Source of the DNA: an uncultured Acidobacteriota bacterium
Lineage (GTDB): Bacteria; Acidobacteriota; Polarisedimenticolia; J045
Direction: 5' to 3'
Length of the DNA stretch: 64,000 nt
Assembly: GCA_963702425.1 (NCBI GenBank)
Contig: CAVPCQ010000040.1
Coordinates: forward strand, 1 to 64,000
Shown here: positions 1 to 12,696 of the stretch, piece by piece
How the letters are laid out: each line of letters opens with the position of its first letter
Position numbering within the stretch: the first letter of the stretch is position 1
The notes under the pieces: generated by a model
The model's input: only the letters and a program-made list of their open reading frames with translations
Told to the model about the DNA's origin: nothing
The model's database searches: none
Translations under genes and position numbers: made by a program

Positions 1-884
1 TGGTCACGCACGGCAACCTCACCTCCAACGCCGCCGCGCTGGCCGAGGCCTGGCAGATCGGCCCCGGCGACGTGCTGCTCCATGCGCTGCCGATCTTCCA
101 CGTCCACGGGCTGTTCGTCGGGATCCACCCGCTGCTGCTGGCCGGGGCCCGGATCCTGTTCCAGCGGCGCTTCGACCCGGGCGCCGTGCTGGCGGCGCTG
201 CCGCGCGCGACGGTGCTGATGGGGGTGCCGACCTTCTACGTGCGCCTGCTCGCCGAACCCGGCCTCACGGCGGACGCGGCGCGTTCGGTCCGCCTGTTCG
301 TGTCGGGCTCGGCGCCGCTCCACCCCGCTTCCCGGGGTCGAGGTGCGGGTCGTGGACGCCGCGGGCCGGGCGCTCGGCCCGGGCGCGCCGGGCGGGATCG
401 AGGTCCGCGGACCGAACCTCTTCGCCGGCTACTGGCGCCGGCCGGAACGGACCCGGGACGACTTCACGCCCGACGGCTGGTTCCGGACGGGCGACCTCGG
501 GCAGTGGGACACCGACGGCTACCTCTCGATCGTCGGGCGCGCCCGGGAGCTGATCATCACCGGAGGCACCAACGTCTATCCGAAAGAGATCGAACGCGTG
601 ATCGACGCCCTCCCGGCGTGTCCAGGAGTCGGCGGTCTTCGGGATCCCGGACCCCGACCTGGGCGAGGCGGTCGCGGCGGCGGTCGTCCGCCGCGAGGGC
701 GCCGCACTCGACGAGAGCACCCTGATCGGACTCCTCCGCTCCCGGATCGCCATTCAAGGTGCCCCGGCGGACCATCCTGGTCGACGAGCTGCCGCGCAAC
801 GCGATGGGCAAGGTCCAGAAAGCCGCCCTGCGGGCGCGCCTCGGGCAGTTGGGGCAGAATACGGGCCAGGAGGAAGGTTCATGA
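1..884 (+). pseudogene. Acyl-CoA synthetase (malonyl-CoA synthetase MatB-like), 5'-partial, with an internal deletion and frameshifts
   Basis: Motifs LPIFHVHGL, MGVPTFY, VSGSAPL, DGWFRTGDLG, NVYPKEIE and ELPRNAMGKVQK lie in different frames. The YGMTE segment is missing. Stop TGA at 882-884 overlaps the next ATG. Confidence 0.75.
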
Positions 885-1324
885 TGCGATTCGCGATCCG
901 CTGTGCCGTGGTCGGCGCTCTCTTCTGCCTGCCGCTGGTGGTGCTGGCCCAGGAGGCGCAGGGCGAGCATGCCGAGCAGGGCGCCCAGGACCCGTCGGAA
1001 GGGGTGCTCCAGCAGCTGGGGCTGACGCCGGATCAGAAGGCCAAGGTCGAGAAGATCGTCGCCGCCAACAAGGAGAAGCAGAAGGCCATCCCGTCTCCGG
1101 GCGACGTGCTCGTCAAGGACCGCGCGTTGGCGCAACAGCTCCTGACCGTCGCGCCCTTCGACAAGGTGAAGGCCGAGGCGCTCACCAAGCAGGCCGCTGC
1201 CTCGTTCCAGCAGCGGCTGCTCAACCGGATGGAGCTCCGCAACCAGATCTACCAGGTGCTCACCCCGCAGCAGAAAGAGCAGTACCTGAAGAAGATGATG
1301 GGGGCGATGTCCAAGGGGCGGTAG
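881..1324 (+). CDS. Spy/CpxP-family periplasmic protein
   Basis: Signal peptide, LGLTPDQK and VLTPQQKE (LTxxQ) motifs, helical composition, AGGAGG RBS upstream. Confidence 0.75.
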   Translation: MMRFAIRCAVVGALFCLPLVVLAQEAQGEHAEQGAQDPSEGVLQQLGLTPDQKAKVEKIVAANKEKQKAIPSPGDVLVKDRALAQQLLTVAPFDKVKAEALTKQAAASFQQRLLNRMELRNQIYQVLTPQQKEQYLKKMMGAMSKGR

Positions 1325-1381
1325 GCTCGCGCGCGCCTGCGCGCGGCCGCTCGGGACCGGGGAGGGCGACGGACCGCCCTC

Positions 1382-3211
<1,830 letters not shown>

Positions 3212-3236
3212 GACGGAAACCTCCAGGTCGAGCTGT

Positions 3237-5752
3237 TCAGTCGAGCGTCACCGGCACGGGCCGGACGTCCCAGATCTTCTCGGCGTACTCGCGGATCGAG
3301 CGATCCGAAGAGAAGCGGCCGACCCGCGCCGTGTTCAGGATCGACATCCGCGTCCAGTGCTCCTGGTCGAGGAACGCGGCGCTGACCCTGCCCTGGGCGT
3401 CGACGTAGGACCGGAAGTCCGCGAGCACCAGGTATTCGTCGCGCCCGAGCAGGGAGTCGACGAACGGCCGGAACAGTTCCGCGTCGCCGCGGGAGAACCG
3501 GCCGGACGCGATGCCATCGAGCGCCGCGCGCAGTTCGGGGTCCGACGCGACGATCGACCGAGGATCGTAGCCGCTCGCCCTCCGTTCGGCAACTTCCGGG
3601 GCCGTCAGGCCGAACAGGAAGAAGTTCTCGGGCCCCACGGCCTCGCGGATCTCGACGTTGGCGCCGTCGAGGGTGCCGATCGTCAGGGCCCCGTTGAACG
3701 AGAACTTCATGTTGCCGGTCCCCGAGGCCTCCTTGCCCGCGGTCGAAATCTGCTCGGAAAGGTCGGCGGCCGGGTAGATCCGCTGGCCGTTCTTGACGTT
3801 GAAGTCCGGGAAGAAGACGACCTTCAGCCGCCCGGCGACGTCCGGGTCGGCGTTGACCGTCTCGCCGACGGAGTTGATCAGCTTGATGATCAGCTTGGCC
3901 ATGAAGTAGCCCGGCGCGGCCTTGCCGCCGAAGACGAAGGTCCGCGGGACGACCGCCGCCCGCGGGTCGGCCTTGATCCGGTCGTACAGCGTCACGATGT
4001 GGAGCACGTTGAGCTGCTGCCGCTTGTACTCGTGGATCCGCTTGACCTGGATGTCGAACATCGAGTCCGGATCGACGTGCACCCCGGTCCGCTCGGCGAT
4101 CAGCCGCGCGAGGTCCTGCTTGTTGGCCCGCTTGACGGCGCGCCAGGCCTCGCGGAAGGCCGGGTCGGCGGCGGCCGGCTCCAGCCGCTTCAGCTCGTGC
4201 TCGGAGTCCCGCAGCCAGCGCTCGCCGATCCGCTCCGAGATCAGCGCCGCGAGGCCCGGGTTGGCCAGCGCCACCCAGCGCCGCGGCGTCACGCCGTTCG
4301 TGACGTTGAGGAAGCGCTGCGGGGCGAGCTCGTGGAAGTCGGCCATCACGGTGCTCTTGAGCAGCTCGGTGTGCAGCTCGGCCACGCCGTTGATCGCGTG
4401 GCTGCCGACCGCCGCCAGGTTCGCCATGCGCACGGCCTTCTCGCCGCTCTCGTCGATCAGGGACAGGCGGGCGACGCGTCGCTCGTCGCCGGGGAAACGC
4501 GCTGCGTACCTCGTCGATGAAGCGCCGGTTGATCTCGTAGATGATCTCGAGGTGGCGCGGGAGCACGCTCCGGAACAGCGGCAGCGGCCAGCGCTCGAGC
4601 GCCTCGGGAAGCAGCGTGTGGTTGGTGTAGCTGACGCTGCGCCGCGTGATCTCCCAGGCCGGGTCCCACTCCATGCCGTGGACGTCGACGAGCAGGCGCA
4701 TCAGCTCGGCGACGGCGATCGAGGGGTGGGTGTCGTTGAGCTGGACGGCGAATGCATCGGGGAAGCGCTCGAGCGGCTCGCCGGCTCTGTTCGACGAGCG
4801 CGAGCATGTTCTGCAGCGAGCAGGAGACGAAGAAGTACTGCTGCTGCAGGCGGAGTTCCTTGCCCTGCACCGGCTCGTCGTTCGGGTAGAGGACCTTGGT
4901 GATGTTCTCGGAGACCAGCTTCTCGTCCACGGCCCCGAGGTAGTCCCCCTTGTTGAAGGCCTGGAAGTCGAACGACTCGCAGGCCTCCGCGCGCCACAGG
5001 CGCAGCAGGTTCGCGGTGTTGACGCGGTAGCCGACGACCGGCGTGTCGTAGGGGACGCCCTTGACCATCTGCCCCGGGACCCAGCGCGCGCGGCGCCGGC
5101 CGTCGGCATCGGTGGTCCACTCGGTGTGCCCGCCGAAACCGACGTACTGCGCCAGCTCGGGGCGGCCGATCTCCCAGGGGTTGCCGAAGCGCAGCCACTT
5201 GTCGGTGATCTCGGCCTGCCAGCCGTCGCGGATCTCCTGGTCGAAGATCCCGAACTCGTAGCGGATGCCGTAGCCGATCGCCGGGATCTCGAGCGTCGCC
5301 AGCGACTCGAGGAAGCAGGCTGCCAGCCGGCCGAGCCCGCCGTTCCCGAGCCCCGGCTCCTCCTCCCGGTCCATCAGGTCGTCGAGCGTCAGGCCGATGT
5401 CGAGCCGCTCGACCGCCTCGCGAGCGGGCTCCCGGATGCCGAGGTTGACGAGGTTGTTGCCGAGGTGCGGGCCCATCAGGAACTCGGCCGAGAGGTAGGA
5501 GACGACTTTCACCTCGCGCCGGCGCAGCGTGTCGATCGTCGCGATCCAGCGCTGCAGCAGGCGGTCGCGGACGGCGTGGGCCGTCGCCATGTACCAGTCG
5601 ATCGGGGTCGCGAGCCGCGGCGGACGCCCCTGCGTGAACTCGACGTGGTCGAGAATCGCCTCCGCCAGCGAGGCCGGGTCGAGCGCCGTCCGGTCGTCGC
5701 GCCGCGGGCCGGGGGGGGCCTTCGGGGCCTTCGTGCGCCGGGGAGTCGCCAT
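3237..5752 (-). CDS. glgP: Glycogen/alpha-glucan phosphorylase (frameshifted near 4790 and 4495)
   Basis: [46 protein letters not shown] and [10 protein letters not shown] are spread over three frames. Confidence 0.92.
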
Positions 5753-5852
5753 GCGGTCCTCTCTTTCGTTCTGGGGGGCCATGCTACCGCGCCGCCCGTG
5801 GCCCCGGAAGGCGTTACACTCGCGTCAGCCGGGGATCCCGAAGGAGGCACCG

Positions 5853-6761
5853 ATGGCAGGCTCGAAGAAGGCGATCCAGCGCGTCTCGAAGTTCGCGAGC
5901 CGTTACCGCGTCGACAAGCCGGGCAAGTTCCGCCTCGAGGACTGCGACCCGGGCGACACCATGGGCTTCGGGAAGGAAGCCAAGGGCCTCGCCGCCGAGC
6001 GTCTCGAAGCGGGGGTCACGCACCTGGCCGAGCAGCAGGAGAAGCTCTACGCGCAGGACCGCTGGGGCGTGCTGCTCGTTTTCCAGGCGATGGACGCCGC
6101 CGGGAAGGACGGGACGATCAAGCACGTGATGTCGGGGATCAACCCGCAGGGCTGCCAGGTCCACTCGTTCAAGGCGCCGTCGGCCGAAGAGCTCGACCAC
6201 GACTTCCTGTGGCGGACGAACTGCCGGCTTCCCGAGCGCGGCCGGATCGGGATCTTCAACCGCTCCTACTACGAGGAAGTGCTCGTCGTCCGGGTCCACC
6301 CCGAGTACCTCGCCAAGCAGAAACTCCCGCCGAAGCTGGTGACGAAGAAGGTCTGGGACGAGCGCTACGAGGACATCAACGCCTACGAGCGCTACCTCTC
6401 CCGCAACGGCTTCGTGATCCGCAAGTTCTTCCTGAACGTCTCGCGCGACGAGCAGAAGAAGCGCTTCCTCGAGCGGCTCGACAACCCGGCGAAGAACTGG
6501 AAGTTCTCGCTGGCCGACGCCCAGGAGCGGGGCTTCTGGAACGACTACATGGCCGCCTACGACGAGATGATCCGGGCCACCAGCACGCCCCACGCGCCCT
6601 GGTACGTCGTGCCGGCGGACAACAAGTGGTTCACGCGAGTGGTCGTCGCCGCGGCGGTGATCGACGCGCTCGAGGAGCTGGACCTCGCGTTCCCGAAGGT
6701 CGACAAGGCCAAGCGCGACGAGCTGGCCGCGGCGCGGCAGGCGCTGCTGGCCGGAAAGTAG
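5853..6761 (+). CDS. ppk2: Polyphosphate kinase 2 family protein
   Basis: FQAMDAAGKDGTIKHV, SFKAPSAEELDHDFLWR, IFNRSYYEEVLVVRVHP, PWYVVPADNKW; AAGGAGG RBS. Confidence 0.93.
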   Translation: MAGSKKAIQRVSKFASRYRVDKPGKFRLEDCDPGDTMGFGKEAKGLAAERLEAGVTHLAEQQEKLYAQDRWGVLLVFQAMDAAGKDGTIKHVMSGINPQGCQVHSFKAPSAEELDHDFLWRTNCRLPERGRIGIFNRSYYEEVLVVRVHPEYLAKQKLPPKLVTKKVWDERYEDINAYERYLSRNGFVIRKFFLNVSRDEQKKRFLERLDNPAKNWKFSLADAQERGFWNDYMAAYDEMIRATSTPHAPWYVVPADNKWFTRVVVAAAVIDALEELDLAFPKVDKAKRDELAAARQALLAGK

Positions 6762-6794
6762 GACGGGCGGGCGGGCAGCTCCGGCCTCGCCGCG

Positions 6795-8270
6795 CTAGTT
6801 CGCCCCGGCCGAGGGCTGCTCCTCCGGGGTCGCCGGCTGCATCCACTCCGGCACCGGCTCGGCCCGGGGCAGCGCCCGCGGGTCCTCCGGGTTCCAGCCG
6901 CCGCCCAGCGCCAGGTAGAGGTCGACGACCGCCGCGAACTGCTGCCTCAGCGTCTCGGTCGACTGCAGCTGGGCCTGGAACAGCGAGCGCTCGGTATCGA
7001 GCACCTCGAGGTAGCTGGTCACGCCGCCGTCGTAGCGCGCCCGCGAGAGCTTCGCCGCGACCGTTGCCGACGCGACCTGGCCCTGGCGGATCGCGCTCTC
7101 GTCGCGCAGCGTGCGGATCGCGGCCAGCGCGTCCGCGACCTCGCGGAACGCGTTGTGCGCGACCTTCTCGTAGCTCAGCACGAGCTGTTCGGTGCGCGCC
7201 TTCTCGACCTCGACACGCTGCTTGTTCTTGCCGAACTCGAACAGCGGGCCGAACAGGTTGGCGCCGAGGTTCCAGAACGAGGCGCTGCTCTGGAGCAGCT
7301 CCGAGAGGTCGGGGCTCTCGAGGCCGCCCGCGGCGGTCAGGCCGAGGGTCGGCCAGCGGAGCGCCTCGGCCACGCCGATCCGCGCGGTCTGGGCGTGCAA
7401 CTGGGCCGCCGCCGTCAGGACGTCGGGCCGCCGCTCCAGCAGCTCCGACGGCAGGCCGGCCGGAATCTCGACCGGCAGCTGGTTTTCTGCCAGCTCACGG
7501 CCCCGCGGGATCGCCTGCGGATTGCGGCCGAGCAGGAACGACAGCGCGTTCTCGGTCTGCGCGATCAGCCGCTCGAAACGCGTCACCGCCGCCGCCGCGT
7601 CCGCCTCCTCGATCTCGGCCTGGCGCAGGTCGAGCTCGGAGACGATCCCGCCGCGGAAGCGCTCGTCGATCAGGCGCGTCGAGTCGCGCCGGGCGGCGAG
7701 CGTCTGCTGGCTGATCAGCAGCTCGGCATCGAGGCTGCGCAGCAGCAGGTACTGGCGCGCGACCTCTGCGACCAGCGAGATCGTGACCGCCCGGCGATTC
7801 TCTTCCTCGGCCAGCAGGTCGGCGCGCGCGGCCTCGGAGAGGCGCCGGAACTTGCCCCACAGGTCGACTTCCCAGGAGACGCCCAGGCCCAGCGCGAAGT
7901 CGTTCCGCGGGCCGACGTCTCCCGGTCTGAACTCGTTGCTGGGGTTCACCCGCGATGCCGAGCCCTGGTAGGTGAACGACGGGAACTGGTCGGCGCGCGT
8001 GACGCCGTACCGCGCGCGAGCCTCCTCGATCCGCCAGATCGCGATCCCGAGGTCCTGGTTCTCGGCGATCGCGATCCGGACCAGCTCCTGCAGCGCCGGA
8101 TCCTGGTAGACGTCCCACCACGGCAGGTTCGAGATCGCCGCGCCGGTCGTCGCCGGCTGCGGGTAGCTGGCCGGCGCCTCGAGCTTCGGCGTCTCGTAGT
8201 CGGGGCCGAGCAGGCAGCCGCCCGCCGGCAGGAGGAGCGGCAGCAGGGCGAGCGCGAGAAGGCGCTTCAT
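6795..8270 (-). CDS. RND efflux outer-membrane lipoprotein (OprM/NodT family)
   Basis: Lipoprotein signal (AGGC-LLGPDY), WEVDLWGK, PAGLPSELLERRPDV, LYLALGGGW. Confidence 0.93.
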   Translation of the reverse strand: MKRLLALALLPLLLPAGGCLLGPDYETPKLEAPASYPQPATTGAAISNLPWWDVYQDPALQELVRIAIAENQDLGIAIWRIEEARARYGVTRADQFPSFTYQGSASRVNPSNEFRPGDVGPRNDFALGLGVSWEVDLWGKFRRLSEAARADLLAEEENRRAVTISLVAEVARQYLLLRSLDAELLISQQTLAARRDSTRLIDERFRGGIVSELDLRQAEIEEADAAAAVTRFERLIAQTENALSFLLGRNPQAIPRGRELAENQLPVEIPAGLPSELLERRPDVLTAAAQLHAQTARIGVAEALRWPTLGLTAAGGLESPDLSELLQSSASFWNLGANLFGPLFEFGKNKQRVEVEKARTEQLVLSYEKVAHNAFREVADALAAIRTLRDESAIRQGQVASATVAAKLSRARYDGGVTSYLEVLDTERSLFQAQLQSTETLRQQFAAVVDLYLALGGGWNPEDPRALPRAEPVPEWMQPATPEEQPSAGAN

Positions 8271-8271
8271 C

Positions 8272-11200
8272 TCAGTGCCCTCCCCCGGGCGCCGGCGCGG
8301 CCGCGTGCGAGCCCTCGGGGGGGCTGCCCCCCGGTGCGTGGGCGGGCCGCTTCCCGCCGGTCAGCTTCTCGACCGCGACGAACAGGGCCGGCACCAGGAA
8401 GACCCCGACGATCGTCGCGATCAGCATCCCGGCGAAGACCGCCATCCCCATCACCTTGCGGGCCTCGGCGCCCGCGCCCGAAGCGCGCACCAGCGGCAGC
8501 ACGCCGAGGATGAAGGCGAAGGCGGTCATCAGGATCGGGCGGAAGCGCAGCCGCGCCCCCTCGAGCGCCGCGTCGACGAGCGGCATCCCCTCGTGGAACT
8601 TGGCCCGCGCGAACTCGACGATCAGGATCGCGTTCTTGGCGGCGAGGCCGATCAGCATCACGAGGCCGATCTGGGCGAAGACGTTGTTGACGTAGCTCGG
8701 GCTGATGAAGCGCATCGCCCACAGCCCGAAGAAGGCGCCGAACGCCGCGAACGGCGTGCCGAGCAGCACGCTGAACGGCAGCGACCAGCTCTCGTACTGG
8801 GCCGCCAGGATCAGGAACACGACGACGATCGCGAAGATGAAGACGACCGCGCCGGTCCCGGCGGCGGCCACCTCCTGGAACGACATCGCGTTCCAGGCGT
8901 AGCCCATGCCGGACGGCAGCGTCTCGCTCGCCACCTCCTTCAGCGCCGCGAGCGCCTGGGTGGAGCTGTAGCCCGGGGCCGGCCCGCCGGTCACCTCCGC
9001 GGCGCGGAACAGGTTGAAGCGGTTGGTGTAGCTCGGGCCGCTCATCGGATCGAGCGCCACCAGGGTCGACAGCGGCACCATGCCGCCGTCCCGGTTGCGC
9101 ACGAAGAACTGCCCGATCGCGCCCGGCGTGGCGCGGTACTCCGGCTCGGCCTGCAGGTAGACCTTGTAGAGCCGCCCGAAGCGGTTGAAGTCGTTGATGT
9201 AGGAGCCGCCCAGGCTCGCCCCCAGCGTCGTGTTGACGTCGCTCAGCTGCACCCCCAGCTTGAGCACCTTGTTGCGGTCGATGTCGGCGAAGATCTGCGG
9301 CACGCGCGCGCTGTAGGTCGTGAACGCGTTGCCGATCTCGGGCCGCTTCTTCGCCTCGGCGATGAACTTCTGGGCCTGCTCCTGGAGGTAGTCCGGCGTC
9401 CCGCCGGCCATGTCCTGCAGCATGATGCTGAAGCCGGACCCGGTCCCGAGGCCCGGGATCGCCGGCGGGCCGAAGGCGTAGACGACCGCTCCGGGGATCT
9501 CGCGGGCGAAGCGGCCGTTGAGCTTCCGGAGCAGCGCGAAGACGTGCTCGTCGGGACCGCGGTGGCTCCACTCCTCGAGCGACACGAAGAAGAAGGCGTT
9601 GTCCGGCGCGCTCGACGACGACAGCAGCGAGTAGCCGACGATCGTCGTGTAGCTTTCGATCCCCTTGGTCTCGCCCAGGATCTGCTCGGCCTGGCGGCAG
9701 ATCGCGTCGGTCCGCTGCTGCGAGGCCGCCTCGGGCAGCTGGACGTTGATCAGGAAGTAGCCCTGGTCCTCCTCCGGCACGAACCCGCCCGGAATCGCGC
9801 GCGCCAGCAGCACGACGGCCACGATCAGCGCGGCGACGATCCCCAGCGCGAGCGGCAGGTGGGTGACGAGCTGCCGCGTGACCGCGACGTAGCCGTTGGT
9901 CACCGCCTCGAAGACACGGTTGAACCCGCGGTAGAACGGCTCGAGGAAGCTCTTCTTCTCCCCCTTGGCCTTGAGCAGCATGCCCGAGAGCGCGGGGCTG
10001 AGCGTCAGGGCGCTGATCACGGAGAAGAGCACGGAGATCGCGATCGTCACCGCGAACTGCTGGTAGAGCCGCCCGGTGATGCCGCCGATGAAGGCCACCG
10101 GGACGAACACCGCCGACAGCACCAGCCCGATCGCGATGACCGGCCCCGAGACCTCCTCCATCGCCTTGAGCGTTGCCTCCTTGGGCGAGAGGCCGTGCTC
10201 GATGTGGTGCATCACCGCTTCGACCACGACGATCGCGTCGTCGACCACGATCCCGATCGCCAGCACGAGCCCGAGCAGGGAGAGCGTGTTGATCGAGAAT
10301 CCGAGCATCGGGAAGACGATGAAGGTCGCGACCAGCGAGACCGGGACCGTGAGCAGCGGGATCAGCGTCGCGCGCCAGTTCTGCAGGAAGACGAAGACCA
10401 CGAGCAGTACCAGGATCACGGCCTCGACCAGGGTGTGCAGGATCTCGGAGATCCCCTCGGTCACCGACAGCGTCGTGTCCAGCGAGATCTCGTACTTCAG
10501 GTCTTCGGGGAAGCGCTGCGACAGCCCGGCCATCGTCGTCTTGATCGTCTCGGCGACCTCGAGCGCGTTCGACCCCGGCGTCTGGTAGATCGCGAGCACG
10601 GCCGCCGGCTTCCCGTTGAGCCGGCCGACCATGGTGTAGGTCATCGCGCCCAGCTCGATCCGCGCGACGTCCTTCAGCCGCACCTCGGAACCGTCCGGAT
10701 TCGAGCGCAGCACGACCTCGCCGAACTCCTCGGGCGTCGCGAGCCGCCCGGCGGTCTTGACGGTATAGGTGAAGTCGGTCCCCTTCGGCGCCGGTGGGCC
10801 TCCGATCTGTCCCGCGGCAGCGATGACGCTCTGCTGCTTCAACGCGTTCGAGATGTCGGGGATCGTCAGGCCCAGCTGGGCGAGCCGGTCGGGCTGGACC
10901 CAGATCCGCATCGCGTAGTCGCTGCCGCCGAACTGATTGATCAGCCCGACGCCGCGCGTCCGGGCCAGCGCGTCGATGATGTTGATGCTGGCGTAGTTGC
11001 TGAGGAAACCGCTGTCGTAGCTCCCGTTCGGCGAGGTCAACGTGACCAGCAGCAGCGGGAAGGAGAGCGACTTCTTGACCGAGACGCCGAGCCGCTTCAC
11101 TTCCTCGGGCAGGCTGGGATTGGCCTGCGAGACGCGGTTCTGCGTCAGGACGTTGGCGATGTCGAGGTCGGTCCCGACGTCGAACGACACCCGCAGCTGC

Positions 11201-11463
11201 ATCTTGCCGTCGGCCGAGTTGGTCGACTTCATGTAGATCATGTTCTCGACGCCGTTGACCTGCTGCTCGACCGGCGTCGCCACCGACTGCTCGACGTCCA
11301 CCGCGCTGGCGCCGGTGTAGGTGGCCTCGACGAGGACCTCGGGCGGGGTGATCTCGGGGTACTGGGAGATCGGCAGCCGCTGCAGCGCCACCGCCCCGAG
11401 CAGCACCAGCAGGATCGACAGCACCATCGCCACGATCGGGCGATTGACGAAGAAGCTGGCCAT
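8272..11463 (-). CDS. RND efflux permease (AcrB/HAE1 family)
   Basis: FFVNRPIVAMV, GIVVDDAIVVVE, GLAAKNAILIVEFA, RFRPILMTAFAF; 1063 aa. Confidence 0.95.
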   Translation of the reverse strand: MASFFVNRPIVAMVLSILLVLLGAVALQRLPISQYPEITPPEVLVEATYTGASAVDVEQSVATPVEQQVNGVENMIYMKSTNSADGKMQLRVSFDVGTDLDIANVLTQNRVSQANPSLPEEVKRLGVSVKKSLSFPLLLVTLTSPNGSYDSGFLSNYASINIIDALARTRGVGLINQFGGSDYAMRIWVQPDRLAQLGLTIPDISNALKQQSVIAAAGQIGGPPAPKGTDFTYTVKTAGRLATPEEFGEVVLRSNPDGSEVRLKDVARIELGAMTYTMVGRLNGKPAAVLAIYQTPGSNALEVAETIKTTMAGLSQRFPEDLKYEISLDTTLSVTEGISEILHTLVEAVILVLLVVFVFLQNWRATLIPLLTVPVSLVATFIVFPMLGFSINTLSLLGLVLAIGIVVDDAIVVVEAVMHHIEHGLSPKEATLKAMEEVSGPVIAIGLVLSAVFVPVAFIGGITGRLYQQFAVTIAISVLFSVISALTLSPALSGMLLKAKGEKKSFLEPFYRGFNRVFEAVTNGYVAVTRQLVTHLPLALGIVAALIVAVVLLARAIPGGFVPEEDQGYFLINVQLPEAASQQRTDAICRQAEQILGETKGIESYTTIVGYSLLSSSSAPDNAFFFVSLEEWSHRGPDEHVFALLRKLNGRFAREIPGAVVYAFGPPAIPGLGTGSGFSIMLQDMAGGTPDYLQEQAQKFIAEAKKRPEIGNAFTTYSARVPQIFADIDRNKVLKLGVQLSDVNTTLGASLGGSYINDFNRFGRLYKVYLQAEPEYRATPGAIGQFFVRNRDGGMVPLSTLVALDPMSGPSYTNRFNLFRAAEVTGGPAPGYSSTQALAALKEVASETLPSGMGYAWNAMSFQEVAAAGTGAVVFIFAIVVVFLILAAQYESWSLPFSVLLGTPFAAFGAFFGLWAMRFISPSYVNNVFAQIGLVMLIGLAAKNAILIVEFARAKFHEGMPLVDAALEGARLRFRPILMTAFAFILGVLPLVRASGAGAEARKVMGMAVFAGMLIATIVGVFLVPALFVAVEKLTGGKRPAHAPGGSPPEGSHAAAPAPGGGH

Positions 11464-11466
11464 GGG

Positions 11467-12641
11467 TCAGCGCCCCGCGTCGACGGGCGGGGCCGGCTTG
11501 GGCGCGACCTTGATCCCGCTGCGCACCTTCTGGAGCCCCTCGACGATCACGCGGTCCCCGGCCGCGAGGCCCTGGCTCATGACCCAGCCGTCGCCGAAGC
11601 GCGGCCCGGGGGTCACGGGGCGGATGGCAACCGTGTCGTCCGGACCCACGAGATAGACCTGGTACTGCCCCTGCAGCTCGACGACCGCGCGCTGCGGGAC
11701 GACGAGCGCCCCCTTCAGCGTCTCGACCACGGCGCGGACCTTCGCGTACTGGCCGGGGCGGACCCAGCCCTCGGGGTTGGGGAAGACCGCCTCGAGCATC
11801 AGCGAGCCGGTCCCGGCGCTGACCTCGCGGTTGGCGACGTCGATGTAGCCCTTCTGGGGATGAACCGTCCCGTCGGCGAGGATCATCTCGATCGCCGGCC
11901 GCGACGGGCCGCCCTCCTCGACCGCCGCACTGGCGCGTCGCCGCGCGTACTCGAGGAACTGGCGCTCGGTGATCGAGAAGCGCACGCGGATCGGATCGAC
12001 GCGGGAGATCGTGTTGAGCAGCGAGGTGCCGAATCCCTGGCCGACGTAGTCGCCGACCTTGGCCTTCGAGATCCCGATCAGGCCGGCGAGCGGCGCAGTG
12101 ACCCGCGAATACGACAGGTTGATCTCGGCGATCGCCTGCGCGGCCTTCGCGGCCAGGACCTCGGCCTGCCCGGCCTCTTCCTTGGCCACCGCCGCGTCGA
12201 GATCGCGCTTGCTGACGGCGTTGATCTCGGCCAGCGGCCGGTAGCGCGCGACGTCGGAGACCGCGTAGGCGAGACCCGTCTCGGCCTGGGCCACCTTCGC
12301 CTTGGCCTGGGCCAGCGCCTCCTTCAACTCGCTCGGGTCGATCGAGTAGAGCAGCTGCCCCTTCTTCACCGGGCGCCCCCTCGGTGAAGTGGATCGCCTC
12401 GAGGAAACCCGGGACGCGCGCGCGGATCTCCACGTCCGGGTCGCCGAGCGCCTCGCCGACCCATTCCTGCACGATCGGGACGTCGCGCTGCTCCACGCCG
12501 GCGACGACGACCTCGGGCGGGGGCGGGGGCGGCGCTTCGGCTTTTCTTCGAGCAGCTGGCGAGCCCGGCCAGGAGGGCGGCCAGCCCGGCGGCCCCGACG
12601 AGCGCCTCGAGCCTCCGGCTGCGGTGGGGGGTGCTGGTCAC
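11467..12641 (-). CDS. RND efflux periplasmic adaptor (MFP), frameshifted near 12375 and 12525
   Basis: Lipobox LASC, VEIRARVPGFLE, KKGQLLYSID, RVTAPLAGLIG, ALVVPQRAVVELQG across frames; operon with the RND permease. Confidence 0.88.
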
Positions 12642-12696
12642 GATGCCTCCTGGGAGCCCGGGTTGGGCGATCGCATTGTAACTCGCCTGTCCCGGA

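Noticed and set aside
8267-12496. Very long alternative-frame and antisense ORFs (also 4646-7714, 26144-30289 N-terminal part, 46076-48301)
   Set aside because: They are Arg/Gly/Pro-rich shadow ORFs expected at high GC, and they overlap well-supported genes.
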